Both the position numbers and the translations under genes were made by a program. 62,884 bases of DNA, taken from IMG/VR virus record IMGVR_UViG_3300034021_001069; one strand, given 5' to 3'. How positions within the stretch are numbered: position 1 is the first letter of the stretch; each line of letters begins with the position of its first letter. The notes beneath the pieces are model-generated. The model worked only from the letters and a program-made list of their open reading frames with translations. It made no database searches and was not told where the DNA came from. Shown in pieces: positions 1 through 10,200 of this stretch. This stretch comes from an uncultured virus (IMG/VR IMGVR_UViG_3300034021_001069). Lineage: Duplodnaviria; Heunggongvirae; Uroviricota; Caudoviricetes.

Positions 1-671
1 TCGGCATCATGCCAAAGCTTATAGAACATGTTCATACCATGTGGGGTAGAAATAATAATAACTTTTGTGGATTTACCAGATGAAATCGTCGGATATACTG
101 ACGAGAAAAACTGATCAGAAATGTTATTTGGAACGAATGCAAATTCGTCTAAGAATATTATATTGAATGACATCCCTCGAACTGCAGATGCAGAAGTAGA
201 TGCAGCAAGAATCTTAGAACCATTTTCCAATTCTAAAGATCCTTTATTCCAAGATAAAATACCCTGTTGCATCCACTTAGGTAGATTTTCATATGAAAGC
301 TGCAATCTACTAAGCATCTCCCTAGCAGTTGCAGCTTTGTTAGCAAGAATAGCAACGTTAACATTGCTATTAAAAATAATATACCAAAGAAGATATGATG
401 TGACTACGGTTGATTTACCAGACTGTCTTGGTAGTTTTGCTATATTAAAACGATGATTATGGAATCTTTCTACCATACCCACCTGAAAATCGTACATCTC
501 AAAGGGTATTAAACCCTCATCAAGAGATACAATCTTAATATATTTTTTGATAAAGTAAACTGGATCGGCAGCGCACTTGATGAATTCTTCTACTTGATCA
601 GATGTGAATTCTTGGGCTACGTTTGCCTTTTTTAAATTTGGATTACCAAGATAAACTTCTTCTAATGGCAT
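1..671 (-). CDS. gp17: Terminase large subunit (5' part; runs off the window's left edge)
   Basis: Not in the ORF track. Manual translation from ATG at 671: MPLEEVYLGNPNLKKAN...AKLPRQSGKST (Walker A)...SASAVRGMSFNIIFLDEFAF (Walker B)...IIISTPHG, typical of T4-like gp17. Confidence 0.97.
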   Translation of the reverse strand, partial: MPLEEVYLGNPNLKKANVAQEFTSDQVEEFIKCAADPVYFIKKYIKIVSLDEGLIPFEMYDFQVGMVERFHNHRFNIAKLPRQSGKSTVVTSYLLWYIIFNSNVNVAILANKAATAREMLSRLQLSYENLPKWMQQGILSWNKGSLELENGSKILAASTSASAVRGMSFNIIFLDEFAFVPNNISDQFFSSVYPTISSGKSTKVIIISTPHGMNMFYKLWHDA

Positions 672-673
672 AA

Positions 674-919
674 TTATTCATTTACTCTACTTATGTCTTT
701 ATCTAAAGATTCCATACTTGCTAATCTTTTTTCCCAACCATCCCCTTTAGTAGTTCCCTTGCATGGATTAATGCAAGTATTATCTCCAAATCTATCGCAA
801 ACTAGACTAGCTAATTCACTTTCATTTCCTAGTTTATTGGTTCCAGACCAATAATGTTGCCCTCCAATCCAGCAAGCACCACATTTAGGGCATGTTTTAG
901 TATCCATTCGTCTTACCAC
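674..919 (-). CDS. Small Cys-rich hypothetical protein (CPKC...C...C..C, possible Zn binding)
   Basis: 81-aa ORF abutting the gp17 start, on the same strand as its neighbours. Confidence 0.75.
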   Translation of the reverse strand: MVRRMDTKTCPKCGACWIGGQHYWSGTNKLGNESELASLVCDRFGDNTCINPCKGTTKGDGWEKRLASMESLDKDISRVNE

Positions 920-968
920 GAGACCAATGGTATTATATAGGAAAACTAATCAAATAACAGTTACAATA

Positions 969-1244
969 TTAACAATTCCAAGCTCTTAATGATTTATTAA
1001 TTCTAGAATCTGGATTTGATGCAGTTTTTTTACTGGTTAACTTCCTCTTCATTCCCTTCATTCTGGCACAAAATGACGCCCTGCGGGGATTTCCAACTTT
1101 CTTTGAAGGTGCCTTAAGATCACTTCCAGGATTTTCTGCTTCGTAAGATTTGCGACCCTTTTCGTTAAGACCTCCACTTTTATTTTGACCCTCTTTTCGA
1201 GTCCATGCTGTTCCTTCTGAAATAAAGTCTTTGAATGTTTTCAT
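969..1244 (-). CDS. Small basic protein with T4-like capsid-targeting N-terminus (DUF6321-like), putative internal head protein
   Basis: Start refined to ATG 1244 (ATGA overlap with the upstream stop). Sequence MKTFKDFISE...AWTRKEGQNKSGGLNEKGR...RRASFCARM...SLRAWNC. Confidence 0.75.
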   Translation of the reverse strand: MKTFKDFISEGTAWTRKEGQNKSGGLNEKGRKSYEAENPGSDLKAPSKKVGNPRRASFCARMKGMKRKLTSKKTASNPDSRINKSLRAWNC

Positions 1245-2518
1245 CGTTGTTCTATCCAGGTCATTGAGGCAATTGCACTTTTGTTTGCTGTTCCACAAGC
1301 AACAGCAAGAGTAAGAGTATCTGAAACAGTTCCCATGGAACTTCTTCCAATTTGATTTGCTGTTTTTGAATTAATTTGGATTGTAGAACTTACACCAGAA
1401 ACAACAAAACCAGCATCCAAATCTGTTCCTCCACTCAAAGTAGTGGCACTTACATCATATTGAGTGAATGAATTTGGATCTGCCATATCAACCCATGAAG
1501 CACCAGTTAGAGTTGTATTTAGGATTAGTTTGTAGAAGATGTTGGCATTATCAGTTGTTGCTGCCTGAAATGCCATAGGAAGAGCAATACCTTGAAGTGC
1601 AGTGCTCTTTAAACGAATGCTAACTATTGGATAAAAAGTATTAGCAAGCGCCATCGTTCTACCTGCTAGTGGAGTGATGACATTTTGAGATGTTCCCAAT
1701 TTCTCTGGCACACCCTCACTAATGATTGAGTTAGAACCTTGATACATGTAATGTGTTCCAGCAGCACCAGTTACATTTGTCAGTTCTAAACGAATAGGTA
1801 AAAATGGAGTTGATGACCAAACCGTATCCAAAACATTTGCAGTATTGAATGTATGGATATGATGAGTCTCTCCATCAATAATATACGAAAATTTTACTTG
1901 ACCAGCACCATACCATTCATATTCAATATTAATCATATGTTGTGCTGTAGGGCTAGCAATGTATCCACTTTTACCAGTTCCATCCAACTTATCACCATTC
2001 CAATTCGCTCTAGCAACTCTAGTTTCAACTACAGTGCCACTTGCCTTGCTTCTCAATACACAATAGTAATTTCCATCCCCAGCATCTTCAAAGTAAGCAC
2101 CGTTATTTACATCAAACAATCCAAATCTTCTACGAACACCAGTAACAGGAGTTTCTAAACGAATAGCAAAACTTACTGTAGATGTTCTACCAGGAATATA
2201 TCTCATCACATGCTTGGTCTGACGAATTACTTCAGAACCAGCAGTGCTAGTTACTGCCATTACAACACCAGAAAGATTCACATTATGAGTTGCTGTTCCT
2301 CCATTAGCAGTTGATTCATCCCACACATCAGTTTCTTTTCCAAACTGAAATGTATTGAAGAATGATGTTTCGTATGGAGATGTCTTTAGTCTATTCTTGC
2401 TTGTAAAGTCAGGGCGAAAATCGGCACGAGTTCCCCAGTTATCCGAAAGCATCATTACTTCGAATAACGTTCTTTCTTGATTTAAGAACTCTCGGGTATT
2501 TCTGTTATACTGTGCCAT
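1241..2518 (-). CDS. Putative virion structural protein, beta-rich, 425 aa
   Basis: Long ORF in the late cluster with Thr/Gly-rich beta-sandwich-like composition. Confidence 0.7.
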   Translation of the reverse strand: MAQYNRNTREFLNQERTLFEVMMLSDNWGTRADFRPDFTSKNRLKTSPYETSFFNTFQFGKETDVWDESTANGGTATHNVNLSGVVMAVTSTAGSEVIRQTKHVMRYIPGRTSTVSFAIRLETPVTGVRRRFGLFDVNNGAYFEDAGDGNYYCVLRSKASGTVVETRVARANWNGDKLDGTGKSGYIASPTAQHMINIEYEWYGAGQVKFSYIIDGETHHIHTFNTANVLDTVWSSTPFLPIRLELTNVTGAAGTHYMYQGSNSIISEGVPEKLGTSQNVITPLAGRTMALANTFYPIVSIRLKSTALQGIALPMAFQAATTDNANIFYKLILNTTLTGASWVDMADPNSFTQYDVSATTLSGGTDLDAGFVVSGVSSTIQINSKTANQIGRSSMGTVSDTLTLAVACGTANKSAIASMTWIEQR

Positions 2519-2520
2519 GA

Positions 2521-3138
2521 TTAGGGAACCGCTGGGTAATTAGTTGTCTTAATATATGTTGATGTAATCTTGGCACCAGTATATCCATTGTTCCATGTTG
2601 CCAACCATGGATATGTAACATCACTTGAAGATGAGGCAATAACTCCAGTATAAAGATTGGCATACTGCCATTCGGTTCCAGTCCAAGTTACTGTTTCATC
2701 TCCATAGATGTATGAAGTTTTGCCATTTACAGCAGCAGATGGAGCCATCTTTCTCCAACTCTGACCCCCAACAAATCCAGAATTTGGATCACCAGGAGTG
2801 TTGTAAAAAGGACCATCCATCAACACCCATGCCGTAGCATCAGGTTCTGCTGCGTTTGCTGGGTCATCTTCGCCAATCTCACAATCATTAATTGGTTGAT
2901 TGTTGATATCATGACGTTGGTATGTTGTTGGAGTTCTGGTTGTATTATCAGAATTTCTTGCCTGAAATACTCCAGGAGTTCTCACTGTATTGTCAGAATT
3001 TCTAGCGACATAATCACCATTCCAAACATCGTACGTAATTTCTGACCATCCTTCACAACCATCAAATACAGACAGTTGATTTGCGGATGGTTGTGGAGAA
3101 ACCGTATTATTATCTTTATCGTGCCTGATGTAAGACAT
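2521..3138 (-). CDS. Hypothetical late protein with internal ARNSDNT tandem repeat
   Basis: 205-aa ORF with a late promoter at 3160-3166. Confidence 0.7.
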   Translation of the reverse strand: MSYIRHDKDNNTVSPQPSANQLSVFDGCEGWSEITYDVWNGDYVARNSDNTVRTPGVFQARNSDNTTRTPTTYQRHDINNQPINDCEIGEDDPANAAEPDATAWVLMDGPFYNTPGDPNSGFVGGQSWRKMAPSAAVNGKTSYIYGDETVTWTGTEWQYANLYTGVIASSSSDVTYPWLATWNNGYTGAKITSTYIKTTNYPAVP

Positions 3139-3159
3139 CTATCTTTAGTTCATCAGTAA

Positions 3160-3166
3160 TATTTAT
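3160..3166 (-). promoter_or_regulatory. T4-type late promoter (ATAAATA)
   Basis: ATAAATA about 20 nt upstream of ATG 3138. Confidence 0.6.
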
Positions 3167-3639
3167 TTTGTTTTAAATTTAGTCAATTTCAATTTAGATT
3201 CTTGAATTATGCCAGATTCTATCGCAGCCTCTTTCTTTTCTGCAGCAGTTGCATCATTGACTGTATACCTATCCCACATGGTAGGACCATATCCACACTG
3301 CTCACGTTTTTCTTTTTTGCAGCATAAACGACAATATTTTTCTTCTGATTTTTCTTGAATATACTCTTCCCCTCTTAGCTGTCTATAATGAGCTTTCTTT
3401 TCTGCACCAGAAGAATGCTTCAACCATGGATCATCTTCATGTGAAGACTTGACTTGTGGTTTACTTTTTACTTTAGTTCCAGCTAATGGCTTTCCAGTAT
3501 TACTATCGTATCCATATCTTGCTTTAAATTTTGGCTTTGGTGGAGCCAAAACCTTATCCACTTTATCTACGATACGAGAAAGAAGCCCCTCCTGAACAGG
3601 AGAGACTTCTACAGAAGAATATTCTTTAAAAGATTTCAT
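3163..3639 (-). CDS. Basic protein with capsid-targeting-like N-terminus and C-x2-C...C motif
   Basis: MKSFKEY...VQE N-terminus; KYCRLCCKKEKREQC motif. Confidence 0.7.
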   Translation of the reverse strand: MKSFKEYSSVEVSPVQEGLLSRIVDKVDKVLAPPKPKFKARYGYDSNTGKPLAGTKVKSKPQVKSSHEDDPWLKHSSGAEKKAHYRQLRGEEYIQEKSEEKYCRLCCKKEKREQCGYGPTMWDRYTVNDATAAEKKEAAIESGIIQESKLKLTKFKTK

Positions 3640-3782
3640 TTCTTTTCTAAATCAGGATTTTTTGCGCAATTTAATTCATGCTTTTGAATCCAAGTAAAAG
3701 GTCTCCAATGACCTTTTGGTGGGGTAATCCCACAATACTTACATTTGAATTGATCTTCTTCCCACATTTTTACATCAGCCAT
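3636..3782 (-). CDS. Small zinc-finger-like protein (CKYC...H...C)
   Basis: Likely start at 3782 or 3767. FKCKYCG...WIQKHELNC. Stop overlaps the next ATG. Confidence 0.6.
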   Translation of the reverse strand: MADVKMWEEDQFKCKYCGITPPKGHWRPFTWIQKHELNCAKNPDLEKK

Positions 3783-4314
3783 AATGCATTGCTCCTTTAG
3801 TAGTTTTTTTAGGAAGTTTACCACTTCTGACTTTAGTTCCAGAAGTTTCGCCATAACCCTCAGGATGCTTTCCTGCTTTGGTTTTGCCGATAGTGTCAGA
3901 CTTCATCTTACTACCTTTTTCCGTATAATGCAACTTCGCTGGCTTGTCTTTGTCTTTGGTAATTACAGACTCCTGACCTGCTTCACGCCCAGTTCTTCTT
4001 ACCAATTTGCCAAATTTTCTCTTTGACATTTTCTCAGGCTTTGTTACCTGATATGAAACTTCTCTACCAGTTCCTTCACCAGAAGAATACTTATACTCCC
4101 CAACTCCCTTTTGATATCCACCAAATCTCTTTTTGAGTTTGGTTTCTACATTTTTTCTCTTTTCTCTATTAGCAGATTCATCATCACCACGATCTGCTGA
4201 AATATGACCAGTTACTTTGGTTTTAGATTTTTGCATCATCCTAGCAGTAGGATTTCCCTCTGCTAAATTTGAAGCTTCAGTAATAAACTGAGCATAAGTC
4301 TTTGGTGCTTTCAT
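3775..4314 (-). CDS. Lys-rich protein with capsid-targeting-like N-terminus (weak DUF3293-like core)
   Basis: MKAPKTYAQFITE...GHISADRG...GEY...EVSY...GQESV; late promoter upstream. Confidence 0.7.
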   Translation of the reverse strand: MKAPKTYAQFITEASNLAEGNPTARMMQKSKTKVTGHISADRGDDESANREKRKNVETKLKKRFGGYQKGVGEYKYSSGEGTGREVSYQVTKPEKMSKRKFGKLVRRTGREAGQESVITKDKDKPAKLHYTEKGSKMKSDTIGKTKAGKHPEGYGETSGTKVRSGKLPKKTTKGAMHYG

Positions 4315-4344
4315 GGTGGGAAAGATGGTGATGATTTCTTTTTA

Positions 4345-4351
4345 TATTTAT
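4345..4351 (-). promoter_or_regulatory. T4-type late promoter (ATAAATA)
   Basis: TAATAAATA in the gap between gp16 and ORF 3775-4314. Confidence 0.6.
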
Positions 4352-4368
4352 TATCTAAAATTAAAATT

Positions 4369-4821
4369 TCACTCTTGTTCTGATTTATTTATTTCTCTTT
4401 GCTGCTTTAGGAATTTTGCTAGCTCTGCAGTGCTACCAACAAACATCGTGTTGTTGGTAATCTGAGTATCTCTCTTTTTCTTTGTAGGATTTTCAATTTC
4501 AGATACTTTCTTTTGGAGATCCATTAATTTTTCTGCCACATCTCCAATGTGTTTAACCAATTGACCAGCAACCTCATATGCTCTAGGTTGATCTGATTCT
4601 CTAGCTAATTCTAGAATTCCATCTACAGCTTCTTGACCTTTTTGAATTAAAGAATATAAATTTCCTCTTGTAAATTCATAATCTTTTTTTAATTGTTCTT
4701 TGTCAAAAATTGCAGGCACTTCAATTTCATTACCAGCATTTATTGGCTCAATTTCAGATGAAGAAGGAACTACGGTTAAATCAACATTTAATGCAGCATC
4801 AATTCCTTCAAATTTCTTCAT
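4369..4821 (-). CDS. gp16: Terminase small subunit
   Basis: Start refined to MKKFEG at 4821. DYEFTRGNLYSLIQKGQEA...PRAYEVAGQL...NNTMFVGSTAEL; follows gp15. Confidence 0.93.
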   Translation of the reverse strand: MKKFEGIDAALNVDLTVVPSSSEIEPINAGNEIEVPAIFDKEQLKKDYEFTRGNLYSLIQKGQEAVDGILELARESDQPRAYEVAGQLVKHIGDVAEKLMDLQKKVSEIENPTKKKRDTQITNNTMFVGSTAELAKFLKQQREINKSEQE

Positions 4822-5611
4822 CTTGTCCTGTGACGGGATTCCATTCTCTTGCATCTGTAAACTCCGACTTTAACTCATTAAATCCAAAATCATCATCTGG
4901 ATCTGCAGATTCTGGATCTGGTGTCACCGTATACCTAACTTCCCTAGGTGCAGTGACACTAGAATCTGTAGAATAATCGACCTGAACTTTTGTAATGAGA
5001 TCTCCAGTAACATCTGTAATGGCACCATATAGATAAGTTTTACATGTAAATGTAAGAGTGTAAATTAAGGTTCTACGCTTATCGTAATCACCTTCATAAT
5101 CATCTTGAATATCAATGCCATTTAATGTAACAGGAAAGTCTTTATATTCTCCAAGATCTGGAATTAATTTGACAGTTATATTAAATGATGGGTGAAAATT
5201 TGGCAAAATTTGCTCTAAAATTTGAAGACCATCATCTTGATTTTTAGATAAAATTGATAACTCAAAAGTCAAATTATATGGAACTGGCATATAAACTTTT
5301 TTGACCGACCCATCATTTTGAGTTGATCTTATATATTGAGTTGGGGCTACTTTTCTAGATGGATCTGGAGAAATATCCTTTAATTCAAATGCTATTCTAG
5401 GAAGAGTGATTTGAAAAACATCTTTTTTAGTTAGATCTTCTACAGCTCTTAATCTAGCTAGAAACTTTTGTTTAGGTCCATATGCTAGAGGAACTTTCAT
5501 TACCTCTACCTTAGAATCTTTAACTCTTCTAATTTCAATATTATTAAAAAGAGTTCCAAATGATACCACACATTTTCTTATTATTTCGTGATATGTATAT
5601 GTTCCTAACAT
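4808..5611 (-). CDS. gp15: Tail sheath stabiliser / tail terminator
   Basis: YHEIIRKCVVSFGTLFNNI...VPLAYGPKQKFL...TLPRIAFE...QILEQILPNF; gp13-gp14-gp15-gp16 synteny. Confidence 0.95.
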   Translation of the reverse strand: MLGTYTYHEIIRKCVVSFGTLFNNIEIRRVKDSKVEVMKVPLAYGPKQKFLARLRAVEDLTKKDVFQITLPRIAFELKDISPDPSRKVAPTQYIRSTQNDGSVKKVYMPVPYNLTFELSILSKNQDDGLQILEQILPNFHPSFNITVKLIPDLGEYKDFPVTLNGIDIQDDYEGDYDKRRTLIYTLTFTCKTYLYGAITDVTGDLITKVQVDYSTDSSVTAPREVRYTVTPDPESADPDDDFGFNELKSEFTDAREWNPVTGQDEEI

Positions 5612-6486
5612 CAGACTACACCCCCTTTATTTCCATACTCCCCAAATGGATTCGACTCCGTAAAATCTAAAATATCATCTGCCTCAGTTTCAATATCGGC
5701 ATTTTCATCATATGATGAGTTTTGATTATTTATAGTATTATAAGAAGAGGTAATCCAAGAAGCAGAAGAATCCTCCCCAGTAATTGTTTCTGGAATAGTA
5801 AATGATCCAGTTCTGTTTATTACTATCAATGTTCTAGTTGTAGAATCCCAAGATTTAACTTCTGCGGTTACATTTGAAGTTCCACCAGTGATTAGTTCAC
5901 CTACGGTAAAATTACCAGTTCCACCAGAAGAAAATACTAAAGAAATTGCATTTGCAAAATTAAGCTCAACAACATCAATTTCTGGAATACCAGTTTCGAT
6001 ATCTTCTTCACTATATTCAAACATTTCGCAACGAAGACCCCAAACATACATTTTACCTAATTGGAAAAATGGAACTTCGTGATCTACAAACTTAATTTCA
6101 AACATTTTTCCAACCAATGGGAAGAAAACTAAATCTCCTTCATTGGGTCTTCCTTCTATAATTAACTCACCCAAATTATCTACAGCTTGAGTAAATCTTC
6201 TTCTAGAAACTATAAAAGTTACCGAGTCTGCAATTCTTACACCAAATTTTGAAAATAAATCACCATCACCTCTAAAACCACCAGCATCATCTAAGTAAAC
6301 TTCAATTTCATATGCATGTTCGAATTTAGAAAGAGTATCCTCGACAAAAATTTGATCTTCCTTAACTAATTTTCTAGGAAGATAGTATACATTTTTGCCG
6401 AACATTTTGATCTGTTCATCAACAAGATCTTGCAATAGATCTTGTTCATTGGTGGTTCCTTGTGTAAAATATGGATTGGTTGTCAT
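5611..6486 (-). CDS. gp14: Neck protein / head completion
   Basis: NPYF...EQDLLQDLVDEQIKMFG..VYYLPR...RPNEGDLVFFP...FFQLGK...FTESNPFG. Confidence 0.95.
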   Translation of the reverse strand: MTTNPYFTQGTTNEQDLLQDLVDEQIKMFGKNVYYLPRKLVKEDQIFVEDTLSKFEHAYEIEVYLDDAGGFRGDGDLFSKFGVRIADSVTFIVSRRRFTQAVDNLGELIIEGRPNEGDLVFFPLVGKMFEIKFVDHEVPFFQLGKMYVWGLRCEMFEYSEEDIETGIPEIDVVELNFANAISLVFSSGGTGNFTVGELITGGTSNVTAEVKSWDSTTRTLIVINRTGSFTIPETITGEDSSASWITSSYNTINNQNSSYDENADIETEADDILDFTESNPFGEYGNKGGVV

Positions 6487-6489
6487 ATA

Positions 6490-7290
6490 TTATCCGATCA
6501 TATCCATCGGTGGTAATTCGTAAGTCGATCTTAATTGATCATCCAATTTAGTTAATTCATCTACAGCATCGTTATATATCATTTCACCATTCAATGTAAC
6601 TCCACCTGGAAGCTGAACCCCATTGTATTTGGTTAAATTCTGCCCCCACTGCTTTTTGATCTTGGCAGTTGCGTAATCTTTAACCCACATTTCATTATAT
6701 ATTTTCGACCAATTATTGGGATCAATTGCTCTTGTTGCATTTATTATAATAAACTGACCAGCAGCAATATCCGATTCCCAATCAAAATCAATATAAAGTC
6801 TATTCTTAACGTGATTATATCTAACAGGTTTCATTCCCTCTAGTAAAAAATCAATTGTTTCCAGATGAGTTTGAATTAAGTAGTAGTGATAAAATTGCGT
6901 TGATGTGAAATCATACAGGTCATTGAGTCTCATTTGATATCTGATATCAAAGAAGTTCGATGTTCCCTTATCAATAAAAGTGAAAATATTTTCTACAGAG
7001 ATAATATGACTTGGAACATCAATATATCCATTACCTTCTAACCATGTTGTAGTATTATCTACGGCAGTGTGAGATATATTTGTTTTAGACCTATCGATAT
7101 CTGCTTGCGTGATTTGATGTTTTAGATAAACTCTTTCACAACCATCATAATGAAATTGTTGGAATTTTTGAATAGTGTAATCTACAGCATCATCAATTTG
7201 ATCTGTAGATACATTAATCTCCAAGACTGGCTTACCCAGTCTTCTGAGACAATACTCTTTTAATTCTGCTTTTGTAGTTGGATTAGCCAT
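6490..7290 (-). CDS. gp13: Neck protein / head-tail adaptor
   Basis: LKEYCLRRLGKPVLEINV...WVKDYATAKIKKQWGQNLTKYNGVQLPGGVTLNG. Confidence 0.96.
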   Translation of the reverse strand: MANPTTKAELKEYCLRRLGKPVLEINVSTDQIDDAVDYTIQKFQQFHYDGCERVYLKHQITQADIDRSKTNISHTAVDNTTTWLEGNGYIDVPSHIISVENIFTFIDKGTSNFFDIRYQMRLNDLYDFTSTQFYHYYLIQTHLETIDFLLEGMKPVRYNHVKNRLYIDFDWESDIAAGQFIIINATRAIDPNNWSKIYNEMWVKDYATAKIKKQWGQNLTKYNGVQLPGGVTLNGEMIYNDAVDELTKLDDQLRSTYELPPMDMIG

Positions 7291-7296
7291 TAGTTA

Positions 7297-10200
7297 TCAG
7301 GGGCGAACTAGTGCAGCTAAAGCTGCTTTAAGTTGAGTTACTGTTGTAATTGATGCATTATTACCAATTGCTACGAGCGCAGTATATAGCGAAGATAGAT
7401 CACTATTAGTATCATCAGCAGTAGTTCCTTGAGCTGCAGTAGCATATGCAGTGCTATTTGTAGTAGCAGCAGTTCCTAGCCCAAGTGTTGAACGAGCTGC
7501 AGCTGCATCAACATCATCGATTAATGATTCACCAAAAGAACTGATATTAGGACCAGTGTATGTAATAACACCAGTTGAACTACTATATGTTAGTGATCCT
7601 GCTCCGCCAGCGTCAGTAACACTGATTGATGATCTAGCATCTGCTGTTTTGAAGGTAGTAACACTGAATACACCAGTTAACGAGTTGTATGCTAAATCAC
7701 CTGCCGCACTAACAGAAGTTCTTGCTCTTTCAGTAGTAAAGAATTGTTTTGTTCCTTCAGCAATATTTGTAGTTGAGAATTCTGCAAAGTCAATAGCAAG
7801 AGTAAGAGATCCAGCACCATCTCCATTATCTGAATATGTAGAAGATATTCCAGTTCCACCAATAATTAAATTGGAAACTCTATCATCAACTCTTTCGTTA
7901 GTGAAATATAGATTTGTTGTTCCCTCTGAAAGATCATCTGTATTATGATTACTAATATCACCAACTTGAGACTGACCATATAATGCAGTTCCAGTAATAG
8001 TTAAATTACCTTCAACCGTGAAGTCTGTGGTAGATCTGAAGTTTGAAACTTGTAATGTATTTGTTGCAGGATTATAAGTTAAGTTATCCGAGTCTGTTCT
8101 TATTTCTGAATAACCAGTTGTAGCAGAAACAAATGTTGGATAGTAAGTTAGATTCGATGATGTTGTATTTGTGATAGCAGCAAGATTTGATTTATCTGCA
8201 GTTCCAGTTAAATTACCTGTAACATTTCCAGATACACCCCCAGTTGCAGTTAATAATCCAGTTACTCCTAATGCTGCACTAAGTGTAGTGTTGCCAGCCA
8301 CATTTAAAGTTCCAGCAACTGAAGTATTACCAGATGCAGCCACAACACTAAACTTATTAGTATTGATATTAAAGTTTCCTAGTAAACCTAAAGATGAGTT
8401 TAGAGTTGCGGCTCCAGTAACAGTAAGAGACGATGATAGTGATGTAACTCCAGTTACATCTAGTGATCCAGCAACCGAAGTATTACCTGAAGATGCAATT
8501 ACATTAAACTTGTTAGTGTTAACTGCAAAGTTACCACCAGCAGATAAAGTTCCTGCAACTGAAGTGTTACCAGTTGCAGCAGTTACTGAAAACTTATCAG
8601 TATTAACAATCAACGAACCAGTAACATTTATTGTTGATGAAGCTACAATAGCTCCAGTTACGTTTAGTGAACTAGAAAGATTAGTTATTCCAGTTACACC
8701 TAAAGTTCCAGTAAATAATGCATTACCAGTAGTTCCAGAAATAGAAGCTTTTGCTGTTGCTCCACTAGAAGTTTTTCCGATAATTAAATCTCTTCCTAGT
8801 TGGATATCAGTTCCAACTGACATACCACCATATACTCTAATGTTTGCATTATTATCGGTGGAGAATGTTGGAGTGTATGATGCTAAGCTTCCAAAGAAAC
8901 CTTTATATCTTACAGTTACATTGTTTAGTGTAGAACCAGTTGCTCCTCCAGTATCTTTAATTTTTAGTTCACCTGCAACATAAACGTCATCAGCAAATAA
9001 TACTTGACCAGCAACATAACCACCGCCATCAAATCTAAATGCACCATAATCTGAGCTTAAAATTGTAAAGTTTGTAGCATCAATATTGGGAATATCAATA
9101 TTTTCGAATCTAACAAGACCAGCAACATTTAATGTTGAATTTAAATCTGCAGCTCCAGTTAAAGTCAAAGTGTTGCTTAATGTAGTTGCCGCAGTAACAC
9201 CTAGGGTTCCAGCAATGCTGGTATTTCCAGAAGCAGCAATTACATTAAACTTATTAGTATTAACACTAAAATTACCTACAATATTTGCAGTGTTACTTAA
9301 TGTGGTTGCTCCAGTAACATTTAGAGTTCCAGCAATAGAAGTATTACCAGAAGCCGCCACTACATTAAACCTGTTAGTATTGACTGAAAAATCATTAACA
9401 ATATTAGCAGTTCCTGTAATTGTTGTATTGCCAGTTATTGAAGCTGTTCCAGTTACATTAAGTAATCCACCAACATAAAGATCCAATCCAACTCCAACAC
9501 CACCACCAACAATTAATGTTCCCGATGCAGAATTGGTAGAATTTGTAGTATCAAATAATTTAATGCTGCCAGCATCAATACCTGATCTAGTTCCAGTAAA
9601 TACCTCTGCTGAATTAGTTGCAGCATGTAAAAATACATACCTTGCTGCAGAGTCATCCCACCCAAAGAATCCAAGTCTTGCTTGAGTATCAAAATATCTA
9701 AATTCAACTCCACGATCTTTATTATCATCTGATGCTGGAGCAGTATCACCACCGAGAGTAATGATAGGATCATCTACTGTGATACTAGTTGAATTTACAG
9801 TTGTGGTAGTTCCATTTACTGTTAAATTGCCAGTGATTGTGGTGTTACCCCCAACCAATAAATTCTGACCAGATGATAATGTTACTGGTGCATTAAATGT
9901 AGTAGTAGAATTAACAGTCAGTGTATCTACAGATGCATCACCAATAGTAACATTTCTATTTACAAATAGATCGCGGTTTAGTGTTACATCTCCATGAACG
10001 GTTAATGTTCCTACGCTATTTGATCCCTGACCAGTTCTACCAATTGTAGTATTACCAGATTCTCCGAGAATCTCAAATTCTACGGTATCAGTGGATCCTT
10101 CTTTACCAACATAGAAATCATCACCAACATGTAAATCTTGAACGACACCTAAGCCTCCAGCGATTCTTACATTTGCTGAAGGGTCATTAGCATAAGTTGC

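Noticed and set aside
121..456. 111-aa plus-strand ORF
   Set aside because: Antisense to the terminase ATPase domain.
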